This document shows, one piece after another, positions 1-11,859 of a DNA stretch of 64,000 nucleotides (positions are counted from its first letter, which is position 1; each line of letters starts with the position of its first letter). The DNA is from Macrostomum hystrix (taxonomy: Eukaryota; Animalia; Platyhelminthes): the NCBI GenBank assembly GCA_950097015.1, contig CATNEN010000024.1:5828001-5892000 (forward strand), in the 5' to 3' direction. The position numbers and the translations under genes were made by a program. A model generated the notes under the pieces. That model saw only the letters and a program-made list of their open reading frames with translations. It had not been told where the DNA came from and did not search any database.

Positions 1-500
1 AACACTGCAGCACATCCGATCTAACACATAGTCTAACACTTATCAGAACACTGCAGCAGATCCGATCTAACACCAGCGTCTAACACTTATCAGAACACTG
101 CAGCACATCCGATCTAACATCAGAGTCTAACACTTATCAGAACACTGCAGCACATCCGATCTAACACATAGTCTAACACTTATCAGAACACTGCAGCATA
201 TCCGATCTAACACCAGCGTCTAACACTTATCAGAACACTGCAGCACATCCGATCTAACACATAGTCTAACACTTATCAGAACACTGCAGCACATCCGATC
301 TAACACATAGTCTAACACTTATCAGAACACTGCAGCACATCCGATCTAACACATAGTCTAACACTTATCAGAACACTGCAGCACATCCGATCTAACACAT
401 AGTCTAACACTTATCAGAACACTGCAGCACATCCGATCTAACACATAGTCTAACACTTATCAGAACACTGCAGCACATCCGATCTAACACATAGTCTAAC
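1..500. repeat. 46-47 bp minisatellite (AACACTGCAGCACATCCGATCTAACACATAGTCTAACACTTATCAG), about 11 copies, truncated by the window edge; begins at the predicted donor of spondin intron 3
   Basis: Periodicity visible (unit starts at 1, 47, 94...). On the minus strand the array begins at the GT at 500-499. Confidence 0.95.
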
Positions 501-3500
501 AGTCGCCCTTCTTCCCTTCCGGCGGTATCCTGTGCAGCCATAGCATCGCCAGCGGGCCGCCTCCGCCTCTCATCGTCAAAGCCGTCCTCGTTAGCGTCGA
601 CTTGGAGGACGCTAGCGGCGCGATTCGGCGTCGCGGCTCCAGCATGGAGGTGCCGGCGTCCCAGACAGTCAGGGGCAGGCGCAGGCCGCTTGCCCAGCTG
701 CAGTCTGGCAGGCAGAGATCCAGCAGTGCTGCGCCAATGAAGGCGCCAGGACTCGCCAGTGAAAACCGTGACAGAAGCGTCACGAGGTGGTGGCTGCTGT
801 TGACAGTCAGGATGGCCGACCGGCTGTGCTGGTCCGCCGGCGCCCAGGGCGGCACATCTCTGGATTGGTCCGCGGGTAGCTTGCTGCGCTAATTCTACCA
901 AGATTAGATTACATTTTTACTGTGTTTTCTCATGCCTCCCTGTCTCTTTACCGTGTGTTCTCACATTTTCTGACTCTTCTTGTTTCCCGTTTCCCTCCCA
1001 GTCTCTTTTGGCTTGTCTCATTCTACCTTCAAACGTCCAGAAGTTTTTTAAGACTACTTTCTGGCTACTTCGTTTCAAGGCTATTCCTGCAATAAAGAAT
1101 CAACCTCCCATTAGCGGTTAGAATTTTACAATACGGCCAGGCATAGGAAATTGAGGCGCGGAACGAGTCTAGCGTGCGCCTGGATCCTTCTCTGCCCGCC
1201 CAACCCTCCAAACAAAATTATCTTCCTAATTTTTGCATTTTTAGAATTTCAGGAATTGGAAAGAGGAGGTCCGGGTCACTGGCGAGAGCCCGTGTTTCCA
1301 ACCCCGGTCCAGCCGGTTTTATGTCCGGCAGTGCCTGCCTGCTAGCTAATTGTCTGCCAATTCTCCTGAAATCATAAATACGCTTCAGCGCTTTAGTTTG
1401 CCCAGCCCGCACCGATTTCATCTTTCTTCATGTTTTCCCTCAATTTCGCATTTCCTAATTTAAGAAATCTAGCAGACTGGCACTTATTGCGTTTTTTGCC
1501 TCTGTGTCCCATTCAGAGACCCAAAGTGCTGGTTGCAGTGACCCATTCAGAGACCCAAAGTGCTGGTTGCAGTGTCCCATTCAGAGATCCAAAGTGCTGG
1601 TTGCAGTGACCCATTCAGAGATCCAAAGTGCTGGTTGCAGTGACCCATTCAGAGATCCAAAGTGCTGGTTGCAGTGACCCATTCAGAGACCCAAAGTGCT
1701 GGTTGCAGTGACCCATTCAGAGACCCAAAGTGCTGGTTGCAGTGACCCATTCAGAGACCCAAAGTGCTGGTTGCAGTGACCCATTCAGAGATCCAAAGTG
1801 CTGGTTGCAGTGACCCATTCAGAGATCCAAAGTGCTGGTTGCAGTGACCCATTCAGAGATCCAAAGTGCTGGTTGCAGTGACCCATTTAGAGATCCAAAG
1901 TGCTGGTTGCAGTGACCCATTCAGAGATCCAAAGTGCTGGTTGCAGTGACCCATTCAGAGACCCAAAGTGCTGGTTGCAGTGTCCCATTCAGAGACCCAA
2001 AGTGTTGGTTGCAGTGGCCTGTTCAGTGACCCAAAGTGCTGGTTGCAGTGTCCCATTCAGAGACCCAAAGTGCCGGTTGCAGTGTCCCATTCAGAGACCC
2101 AAAGTGCCGGTTGCAGTGACCCATTCAGTGACCCAAAGTGCTGGTTGCAGTGACCCATTCAGAGACCCAAAGTGCTGGTTGCAGTGTCCCATTCAGAGAC
2201 CCAAAGTGTTGGTTGCAGTGGCCTGTTCAGTGACCCAAAGTGCTGGTTGCAGTGTCCCATTCAGAGACCCAAAGTGCCGGTTGCAGTGTCCCATTCAGAG
2301 ACCCAAAGTGCCGGTTGCAGTGTCCCATTCAGTGACCCAAAGTGCTGGTTGCAGTGACCCATTCAGTGACCCAAAGTGCTGGTTGCAGTGACCCATTCAG
2401 TGACCCAAAGTGCTGGTTGCTGTGACCCGTTCAGAGACCCAAAGTGCCGGTTGCAGTGTCCCATTCAGAGACCCAAAGTGCCGGTTGCAGTGACCCATTC
2501 AGTGACCCAAAGTGCTGGTTGCAGTGACCCATTCAGAGACCCAAAGTGCTGGTTGCAGTGTCCCATTCAGAGACCCAAAGTGTTGGTTGCAGTGGCCTGT
2601 TCAGTGACCCAAAGTGCTGGTTGCAGTGTCCCATTCAGAGACCCAAAGTGCCGGTTGCAGTGTCCCATTCAGAGACCCAAAGTGCCGGTTGCAGTGTCCC
2701 TTTCAGTGACCCAAAGTGCTGGTTGCAGTGACCCATTCAGTGACCCAAAGTGCTGGTTGCAGTGACCCATTCAGTGACCCAAAGTGCTGGTTGCTGTGAC
2801 CCGTTCAGAGACCCAAAGTGCTGGTTGCTGTGACCCATTCAGAGACCCAAAGTGCTGGTTGCTGTGACCCGTTCAGAGACCCAAAGTGCTGGTTGCTGTG
2901 ACCCGTTCAGAGACCCAAAGTGCTGGTTGCTGTGACCCATTCAGAGACCCAAAGTGCTGGTTGCTGTGACCCGTTCAGAGACCCAAAGTGCTGGTTGCTG
3001 TGACCCATTCAGAGACCCAAAGTGCTGGTTGCTGTGACCCGTTCAGAGACCCAAAGTGCTGGTTGCTGTGACCCATTCAGAGACCCAAAGTGCTGGTTGC
3101 TGTGACCCGTTCAGAGACCCAAAGTGCTGGTTGCTGTGACCCATTCAGAGACCCAAAGTGTTGGTTGCTGTGACCCGTTCAGAGACCCAAAGTGCTAGTT
3201 GCTGTGACCCATTCAGAGACCCAAAGTGCTGGTTGCTGTGACCCGTTCAGAGACCCAAAGTGCTGGTTGCTGTGACCCATTCAGAGACCCAAAGTGCTGG
3301 TTGCAGTGACCCGTTCAGAGACCCAAAGTGCTAGTTGCAGTGACCCGTTCAGAGACCCAAAGTGCTGGTTGCTGTGACCCATTCAGAGACCTAAGGTTCT
3401 GGTTGCAGTGACCCATTCAGAGACCCAAAGTGCTGGTTGCAGTGACCCGTTCAGAGACCCAAGGTGCTGGTTGCAGTGACCCATTCAGAGACAAACTGTT

Positions 3501-6367
3501 GGTGGCAGTGGCCTGTTCAGAGACAAAGTGTTGGTGGCAGTGGCCTGTTCAGAGACAAAGTGTTGGTGGCAGTGGCCTGTTCAGAGTCATAATGTGTTGG
3601 TGGCAGTGGCCTGTTCAGAGACCCAAAGTGTTGGTTGCTGTGACCCATTCAGAGACCCAAAGTGCTGGTTGCTGTGACCCATTCAGAGACCCAAAGTGCT
3701 GGTTGCAGTGACCCATTCAGAGACCCAAAGAGCTGGTTGCAGTGACCCGTTCAGAGACCCAAGGTGCTGGTTGCAGTGACCCGTTCAGAGACCCAAGGTG
3801 CTGGTTGCAGTGACCCGTTCAGAGACCCAAGGTGCTGGTTGCTGTGACCCATTCAGAGACCCAAGGTGTTGGTTGCTGTGACCCATTCAGAGACATAAAC
3901 TGTTGGTGGCAGTGGCCTGTTCAGACCCAAGGTGTTGGTTGCTGTGACCCATTCAGAGACATAAACTGTTGGTGGCAGTGGCCTGTTCAGAGACATAAAC
4001 TGTTGGTGGCAGTGGCCTGTTCAGAGACATAAACTGTTGGTGGCAGTGGCCTGTTCAGAGACATAAAGTGTTGGTGGCAGTGGCCTGTTCAGAGACATAA
4101 ACTGTTGGTGGCAGTGGCCTGTTCAGAGACATAAACTGTTGGTGGCAGTGGCCTGTTCAGAGACAAAGTGTTGGTGGCAGTGGCCTGTTCAGAGACATAA
4201 ACTGTTGGTGGCAGTGGCCTGTTCAGAGACATAAACTGTTGGTGGCAGTGGCCTGTTCAGAGACAAAGTGTTGGTGGCAGTGGCCTGTTCAGAGACATAA
4301 AGTGTTGGTTGCTGTGACCCATTCAGAGACCCAATGTGCTGGTTGCTGTGACCCATTCAGAGACCCAAAGTGCTGGTTGCAGTGACCCATTCAGAGACCC
4401 AAAGTGCTGGTTGCAGTGGCCTGTTCAGAGACCCAAAGTGCTGGTTGCAGTGACCCATTCAGAGACCCAAAGTGCTGGTTGCAGTGGCCTGTTCAGTGAC
4501 GGAGAACGAGTGATGTTTTTTAAGAAAGTTATTGCTTTAGTACAGCAAAGCTTTGCGTCAACAAAAGAAAAAATTTGGCAGCAAGGACAGGATAGTAAAG
4601 TCACATTACTCGTAGTCACCATTAATCGATGTATCCATCTTTTGTTAACTCTAAGCACACAATATGTCTAGATTTTGTACAAATATGACTAAAAAGCTAT
4701 CTTTGTTCTTGTGCCTACATTTGTGTGTAAATAAGGCGATGACATAAATTCTAAAAGCTTCAAAAGAGTAGCTAAAAGATTTTAGCGAAAAAATCTTTTT
4801 TTTCAGCTTTTACTATTTCTGGTTACCTGATCAAAAGTAGACTTCTTTCTACTTTTGAAAGACATGATGGGAGTATATGTGATTGTTTGATTGTGAGAGT
4901 GTTTTAGATGGGATTCGGCTTATGGGGTTTGAGATTGAAATTTGGGATTGGCTTTTTCAGATTTTATTTATGATTGCTTTTAAAGGGACTCGAGATTGCT
5001 TTTCAGGTAGGATTCGAGATTGATTTTCAGGTAGGATTCGAGATTGATTTTCAGGTAGGATTCGAGATTGATTTTCAGGTAGGATTCGAGATTGATTTTC
5101 AGGTAGGATTCGAGATTGATTTTCAGGTAGGATTCGAGATTGATTTTCAGGTAGGATTCGAGATTGATTTTCAGGTAGGATTCGAGATTGATTTTCGGAT
5201 AGGATACGAGATTGATTTTCAGATAGGATTCGAGATTGATTTTCAGGTAGGATTCGAGATTGAATTTCAGATAGGATACGAGATTGATTTTCAGATAGGA
5301 TTCGAGATTGAATTTCAGATAGGATACGAGATTGATTTTCAGATAGGATTCGAGATTGAATTTCAGATAGGATACGAGATTGATTTTCAGATAGGATTCG
5401 AGATTGATTTTCAGATAGGATTCGAGATTGATTTTCAGGAAGGATTCGAGATTGATTTTCAGATAGGATACGAGATTGATTTTCAGATAGGATTCGAGAT
5501 TGATTTTCAGGAAGGATTCGAGGTTGATTTTCAGGTAGGATTCGAGATTGAATTTCAGATAGGATACGAGATTGATTTTCAGATAGGATTCGAGATTGAA
5601 TTTCAGATAGGATACGAGATTGATTTTCAGATAGGATTCGAGATTGAATTTCAGATAGGATACGAGATTGATTTTCAGATAGGATTCGAGATTGATTTTC
5701 AGATAGGATTCGAGATTGATTTTCAGGAAGGATTCGAGATTGATTTTCAGATTGGATTCGAGATTGATTTTCAGATAGGATTCGAGATTGATTTTCAGGA
5801 AGGATTCGTGGTTGATTTTCAGATAGGATACGAGATTGATTTTCAGATAGGATTCGAGATTGATTTTCAGATAGGATACGAGATTGATTTTCAGATAGGA
5901 TTCGAGATTGATTTTCAGGAAGGATTCGAGATTGATTTTCAGGAAGGATTCGAGATTGATTTTCAGATAGGATTCGAGATTGATTTTCAGATAGGATTCG
6001 AGATTGATTTTCAGGAAGGATTCGAGATTGATTTTCAGATAGGATTCGAGATTGATTTTCAGATAGGATTCGAGATTGATTTTCAGATAGGATTCGAGAT
6101 TGATTTTCAGGAAGGATTCGAGATTGATTTTCAGATAGGATTTAGGATTGATTTTCAGGAAGGATTCGAGATTGATTTTCAGATAGGATACGAGATTGAT
6201 TTTCAGATAGGATACGAGATTGATTTTCAGGAAGGATTCAAGATTGATTTTCAGATAGGATTTAGGATTGATTTTCAGATAGGATACGAGATTGATTTTC
6301 AGATAGGATTCGAGATTGATTTTCAGGTAGGATTCGAGATTTATTTTCCGATAGGATACGAGATTGC

Positions 6368-6399
<32 letters not shown>

Positions 6400-6864
6400 T
6401 CTGATTGATTTTCAGATAGGATTCGAGATTGATTTTCAGGTAGGATTCGAGATTGATTTTCAGGTAGGATTCGAGATTGATTTTCAGGTAGGATTCGAGA
6501 TTGATTTTCAGGTAGGATTCGAGATTGATTTTCGGATAGGATACGAGATTGATTTTCAGATAGGATTCGAGATTGATTTTCAGATAGGATTCGAGATTGA
6601 TTTTCAGATAGGATTCGAGATTGATTTTCAGGAAGGATTCGAGATTGATTTTCAGATAGGATACGAGATTGATTTTCAGATAGGATTCGAGATTGATTTT
6701 CAGATAGGATACGAGATTGATTTTCAGGAAGGATTCAAGATTGATTTTCAGATAGGATTTAGGATTGATTTTCAGATAGGATACGAGATTGATTTTCAGA
6801 TAGGATTCGAGATTGCTTTTCAGGTAGGATTCGAGATTGATTTTCCGATAGGATACGAGATTGC

Positions 6865-6896
<32 letters not shown>

Positions 6897-7241
6897 TCTG
6901 ATTGATTTTCAGATAGGATTCGAGATTGATTTTCAGATAGGATTCGAGATTGATTTTCAGATAGGATTCGAGATTGATTTTCAGGAAGGATTCGAGATTG
7001 ATTTTCAGATAGGATACGAGATTGATTTTCAGATAGGATTCGAGATTGATTTTCAGATAGGATACGAGATTGATTTTCAGGAAGGATTCAAGATTGATTT
7101 TCAGATAGGATTTAGGATTGATTTTCAGGTAGGATACGAGATTGATTTTCAGATAGGATTCGAGATTGCTTTTCAGGTAGGATTCGAGATTGATTTTCAG
7201 GTAGGATTCGAGATTGATTTTCCGATAGGATACGAGATTGC

Positions 7242-7273
<32 letters not shown>

Positions 7274-8074
7274 TCTGATTGATTTTCAGATAGGATTCGA
7301 GATTGATTTTCAGATAGGATTCGAGATTGATTTTCAGATAGGATTCGAGATTGATTTTCAGATAGGATTCGAGATTGATTTTCAGATAGGATTCGAGATT
7401 GATTTTCAGGAAGGATTCGAGATTGATTTTCAGATTGGATTCGAGATTGATTTTCAGGAAGGATTCGAGATTGATTTTCAGATAGGATTCGAGATTGATT
7501 TTCAGGAAGGATTCGAGATTGATTTTCAGATAGGATTCGAGATTGATTTTCAGTTAGGATTCGAGATTGATTTTCAGATAGGATTCGAGATTGATTTTCA
7601 GGAAGGATTCGAGATTGATTTTCAGATAGGATTCGAGATTGATTTTCAGATAGGATTCGAGATTGATTTTCAGATAGGATTCGAGATTGATTTTCAGGAA
7701 GGATTCGAGATTGATTTTCAGATAGGATTTAGGATTGATTTTCAGGAAGGATTCGAGATTGATTTTCAGATAGGATACGAGATTGATTTTCAGATAGGAT
7801 ACGAGATTGATTTTCAGATAGGGTACGAGATTGATTTTCAGATAGGATACGAGATTGATTTTCAGGAAGGATTCAAGATTGATTTTCAGATAGGATTTAG
7901 GATTGATTTTCAGATAGGATACGAGATTGATTTTCAGATAGGATACGAGATTGATTTTCAGATAGGATACGAGATTGATTTTCAGATAGGATTCGAGATT
8001 GCTTTTCAGGTAGGATTTGAGATTGATTTTCAGGTAGGATTCGAGATTGATTTTCCGATAGGATACGAGATTGC

Positions 8075-8106
<32 letters not shown>

Positions 8107-10233
8107 TCTGATTGATTTTCAGATAGGATTCGAGATTGATTTTCAGATAGGATTCGAGATTGATTTTCAGATAGGATTCGAGATTGATTTTCAGGAAGGA
8201 TTCGAGATTGATTTTCAGGAAGGATTCGAGATTGATTTTCAGGAAGGATTCGAGATTGATTTTCAGATAGGATACGAGATTGATTTTCAGATAGGATACG
8301 AGATTGATTTTCAGATAGGATACGAGATTGATTTTCAGATAGGATACGAGATTGATTTTCAGGAAGGATTCAAGATTGATTTTCAGATAGGATTTAGGAT
8401 TGATTTTCAGATAGGATACGAGATTGATTTTCAGATAGGATACGAGATTGATTTTCAGATAGGATTCGAGATTGATTTTCAGATAGGATTCGAGATTGCT
8501 TTTCAGGTAGGATTCGAGATTGATTTTCAGGTAGGATTCGAGATTGATTTTCGGATAGGATACGAGATTGCTTTTCAGGTAGGATTCGAGATTGATTTTC
8601 AGATTGGATACGAGATTGATTTTCAGATAGGATTCGAGATTGACTTTCAGATAGGATTCGAGATTGATTTTCAGGAAGGATTCGAGATTGATTTTCAGAT
8701 AGGATACGAGATTGATTTTCAGATAGGATTCGAGATTGATTTTCAGATAGGATTCGAGATTGATTTTCAGATAGGATTCGAGATTGATTTTCAGGAAGGA
8801 TTCGAGATTGATTTTGAGATAGGATTCGAGATTGATTTTCAGATAGGATTCGAGATTGATTTTCAGATAGGATTCGATATTGATTTTCAGGAAGGATTCG
8901 AGATTGATTTTCAGATAGGATTCGAGATTGATTTTCAGATAGGATTCGAGATTGATTTTCAGATAGGATTCGAGATTGATTTTCAGGAAGGATTCGAGAT
9001 TGCTTTTTAGGTAGGATTCGAGATTGATTTTCAGATAGGATACGAGATTGCTTTTCAGGTAGGATTCGAGATTGATTTTCAGATAGGATACGAGATTGAT
9101 TTTCAGATAGGATTTAGGATTGATTTTCAGATGGGATTCAACGTTTTTTAGATGGATTTTGTTAATGGGATTTGGGAAATTTTACGGATGGGTCCCAAAT
9201 CTGTAAAAATGGATTGCTGATTGACTTTAAGATATGCTTTCGGGATTGATTTAAGATGGGATTATAAATCTGTTTCACGTGGATTTGGGAGGCCTTCTCA
9301 CCTAGCCTTGATGACGGTGAGCACCCTGCCCCTGCCCAGCAGCCGGATTTCACTCTCCAGTTGACCAACAGTGCCAGACTCCGCCAGCTTCCGCAGGCCC
9401 TCGCTAGCGTAGCCGCCAGCCTGCCAGATTGTGTAGCTGCGGTCGTGGCTGACGCCTGCAAAGTAAAACTTTGGGCTTGACTTTCAGCCCAAAGTTCAGA
9501 CCCTAGATCTATCTATCTCACCCAGCAGCTGGGACCAGGCTGCCACGTGGGCCACCGGCTGCAGCCGCCACGGCAACGCCAGGCCCTGGAACTGCAGCCG
9601 ATAGTTGGCCGGACCGCAGGCGCAACAGTCGGCAGCCGGCAGGCGGGTCACCGCAGGTCCACCCAGCACTGGGGCGCGGCACAGGACGCGGCTGGCCCGG
9701 CTCCACTGGTCGCTGACTCCGCGTCCGCCAGTAGTCTTGGCCAATGCTTGAACCTCCAGACACTCGGCAACATCTGGGCCAGAGGATGGCGCAGTCCAGG
9801 CGAAATCCAGCTTCTGGCCCTCATTCCGCTGTCTTTGCCGGCGTTGCTGACTCTGCCAACAGTCGCTGGAGCAGGTGAAAGACGCGCAGTCATTGTCTGG
9901 AAGGTCCGTCAGCGGCTCTAGAGTCAGTAGGCGGCCGATGTCCCGTCCAGCATCGCCTTGGTGAGGTCGAATGCCGACGGAGTAGGCGACCAGCTCGACC
10001 CCCGGCTCGGACAGGACGCTGATAACGTAATCACCGTCCGGGCGATAGTGTCCTCCAAGCAGCATCGCAGACAACTCATCGTCTCTGACGTCGCGAGCCG
10101 CAACCAGTTGAATTCGCAGCACTCGCCGGTTGCTAGCCGGTCGGCTGAGGTTGCGGCACAGCTCCAGACAGCAGATCTCTACTAGGACACAAGCCGTCAA
10201 GACCAGCCTCGCCAGCCTTTGCCATGCAGCCAT
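501..10233 (-). CDS. SPON1-like: F-spondin/spondin-1-like secreted protein (signal peptide + Reeler + Spondin_N); 3' end lies beyond the window
   Basis: Exons 10233-9522 (phase 1, GTGAGA donor), 9455-9302 (tttgcag acceptor, GTGAGA donor, phase 2) and 859(or 883)-501. Splice phases are compatible. Motifs: FAWTAPSSG (Reeler), DCCACGPANYRLQFQG, WSQLLGVSHDRSYTIWQAGGYASEGLRKLAESG...VLTVIKA and HHLVTLL...LDLCLPDCSW...VWDAGT, collinear with the vertebrate F-spondin sequence as recalled. Confidence 0.9.
1507..4498. repeat. 34 bp minisatellite (CCCATTCAGAGACCCAAAGTGCTGGTTGCAGTGA), about 88 copies, in spondin intron 2
   Basis: 34-bp period (1508, 1542...). Variant sub-blocks occur (GCTGTGAC; GGCAGTGGCCTG). 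Confidence 0.97.
4985..9135. repeat. 24 bp minisatellite (GAGATTGATTTTCAGATAGGATTC), about 170 copies, with four (GATT)n interruptions, in spondin intron 2
   Basis: Direct periodicity. Explains the FEIDFQIG pseudo-ORF 4974-6377. Confidence 0.97.
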
Positions 10234-11359
10234 GTTGACCCGGGCAACCGAGAGAAGACAGAAACAGAAGAAGTTGTCAGCAATGGCTGACAGTTTGAAA
10301 AAAACAAACAAAGCTGAAGCCCCGTTTTTATAGGAGGGAACACATCAAGGGTCCAATCCGCCACTCTCCCATCTCTCGCTCTCCCCTCCATATTCCATCT
10401 TCCTTAAGAAGCCAAAGCCAATTTCCAGGCCATCTTTCACTTCTGCTACTCTTGACGCTGCAGTCATCTTCATCCCACCCCCAAACTGAATTTGCCAATC
10501 CCAGCTGGCTTGCCCCATCTCCCCCAGTTTCCTCTCCCCCAGTCTCCGCCAGTGTTTCTCGTTCAAGCTCTCTCAGCCAGCATGGCATAGTGGGAACTGG
10601 ATGCAGAGAAGCGCTGTGTAATTAAAAATCTGACGCCCCTTGAACAACACGAGAGAAAAAAGCGAGAAGATTGGTGTGTGTGTGTGTGAGTGTGTGTTTG
10701 TGTCTGGAAAAGTAGTTGAAAAACTGACACACACAAACAGGAGCAGGATGGAAAACCTTAGTATTTATACAGACAAATTTCTTTTCAAGTGTCCCAGGTG
10801 TCAACGGCTGTGTGGGCGCTCGGACTTCTTGGAGAAACGGAATTAGAGGCCACCTGGTCCATCTCTCGTCAGTGTGAGAAAAGTTAATGAAAATGTCTCA
10901 GCTGTTTCGATTGCATCTATTTTTGCAAAATTGCAAAGATGTGTCTCTGAGCCTGCGCCAATCGATACAAGAAGTTCTGCAGCAGAAATTCAGAGTGCAT
11001 GCATCGCATTGTGTGCATGAGTGTGTAAGTTTCAAGTGGTTTGTCCGGAATTAATTGAATAGGATTATATGTCAATTTTATATATTTCAGTTTATCTTCT
11101 TCATAGCCTTCTCGTTGGCCATTTTATTTACTTTAGATTTACATAAAAAAGCAAGTATTCTGGAAATTGAGAATATAACGATACAAAGATACTTACAGTA
11201 GTATGAGTGAGACACAATCCCTTTATTTAGAGCAATTAAATGAAATCGCTTAACACTCATAGTAATACCAATAATACCAATCAGACTTCACAACGCCCAA
11301 AACCTTCACTAACTCCACGGGATCGACAAACCCCAAAATCTCCAAACAGCTTCACAAAC

Positions 11360-11463
11360 CTCACAGACTTCACAAACCTCACAGACTTCACAAACCTCAC
11401 AGACTTCACAAACCTCACAGACTTCACAAACCTCGCAGACTTCACAAACCTCGCAGACTTCAC
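11360..11463. repeat. 18 bp tandem repeat (TTCACAAACCTCACAGAC), about 6 copies
   Basis: Direct periodicity. Confidence 0.9.
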
Positions 11464-11859
11464 AACCCCACAAACTTGTAAACTTTTTGTATTTTGCAGT
11501 GATTCAGCATTCCCCACTGCGTTGTATGTCGCGTCCCTATTACATTTTTCATGGGTAATAAATGGATTGAGTCTGTGTACAAAAAAGGGGAAATGGTTTT
11601 TGTTTTAATTCAACCAGCTGCGGCACTAAATCAATGCCGGGGTTTGGTGCGATCGAGAATATCGATTTCTGCTTCATGTGTGTGTTGCGCGCACGTGTGT
11701 TTTCTTGCTAAAATCTAAAAAATCAATGTGCGAAAATCATTTCAACCGGACATTTTCTGTTGCACACGGCGGAATTTCAAATCCCACATTTCTCTTTTTT
11801 CAGTATCTTAATAATTCAACCAATCGGCATGAAAATCCTGAACGCGGGCTAAAATTCTC

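Noticed and set aside
1900-4671. Overlapping Cys/Trp-rich ORFs
   Set aside because: Frame-rotating products of the 34-bp array.
4974-6377. 467-aa FEIDFQIG ORF
   Set aside because: Translation of a stop-free 24-bp minisatellite, antisense within a spondin intron; no ATG start or unique flanks.
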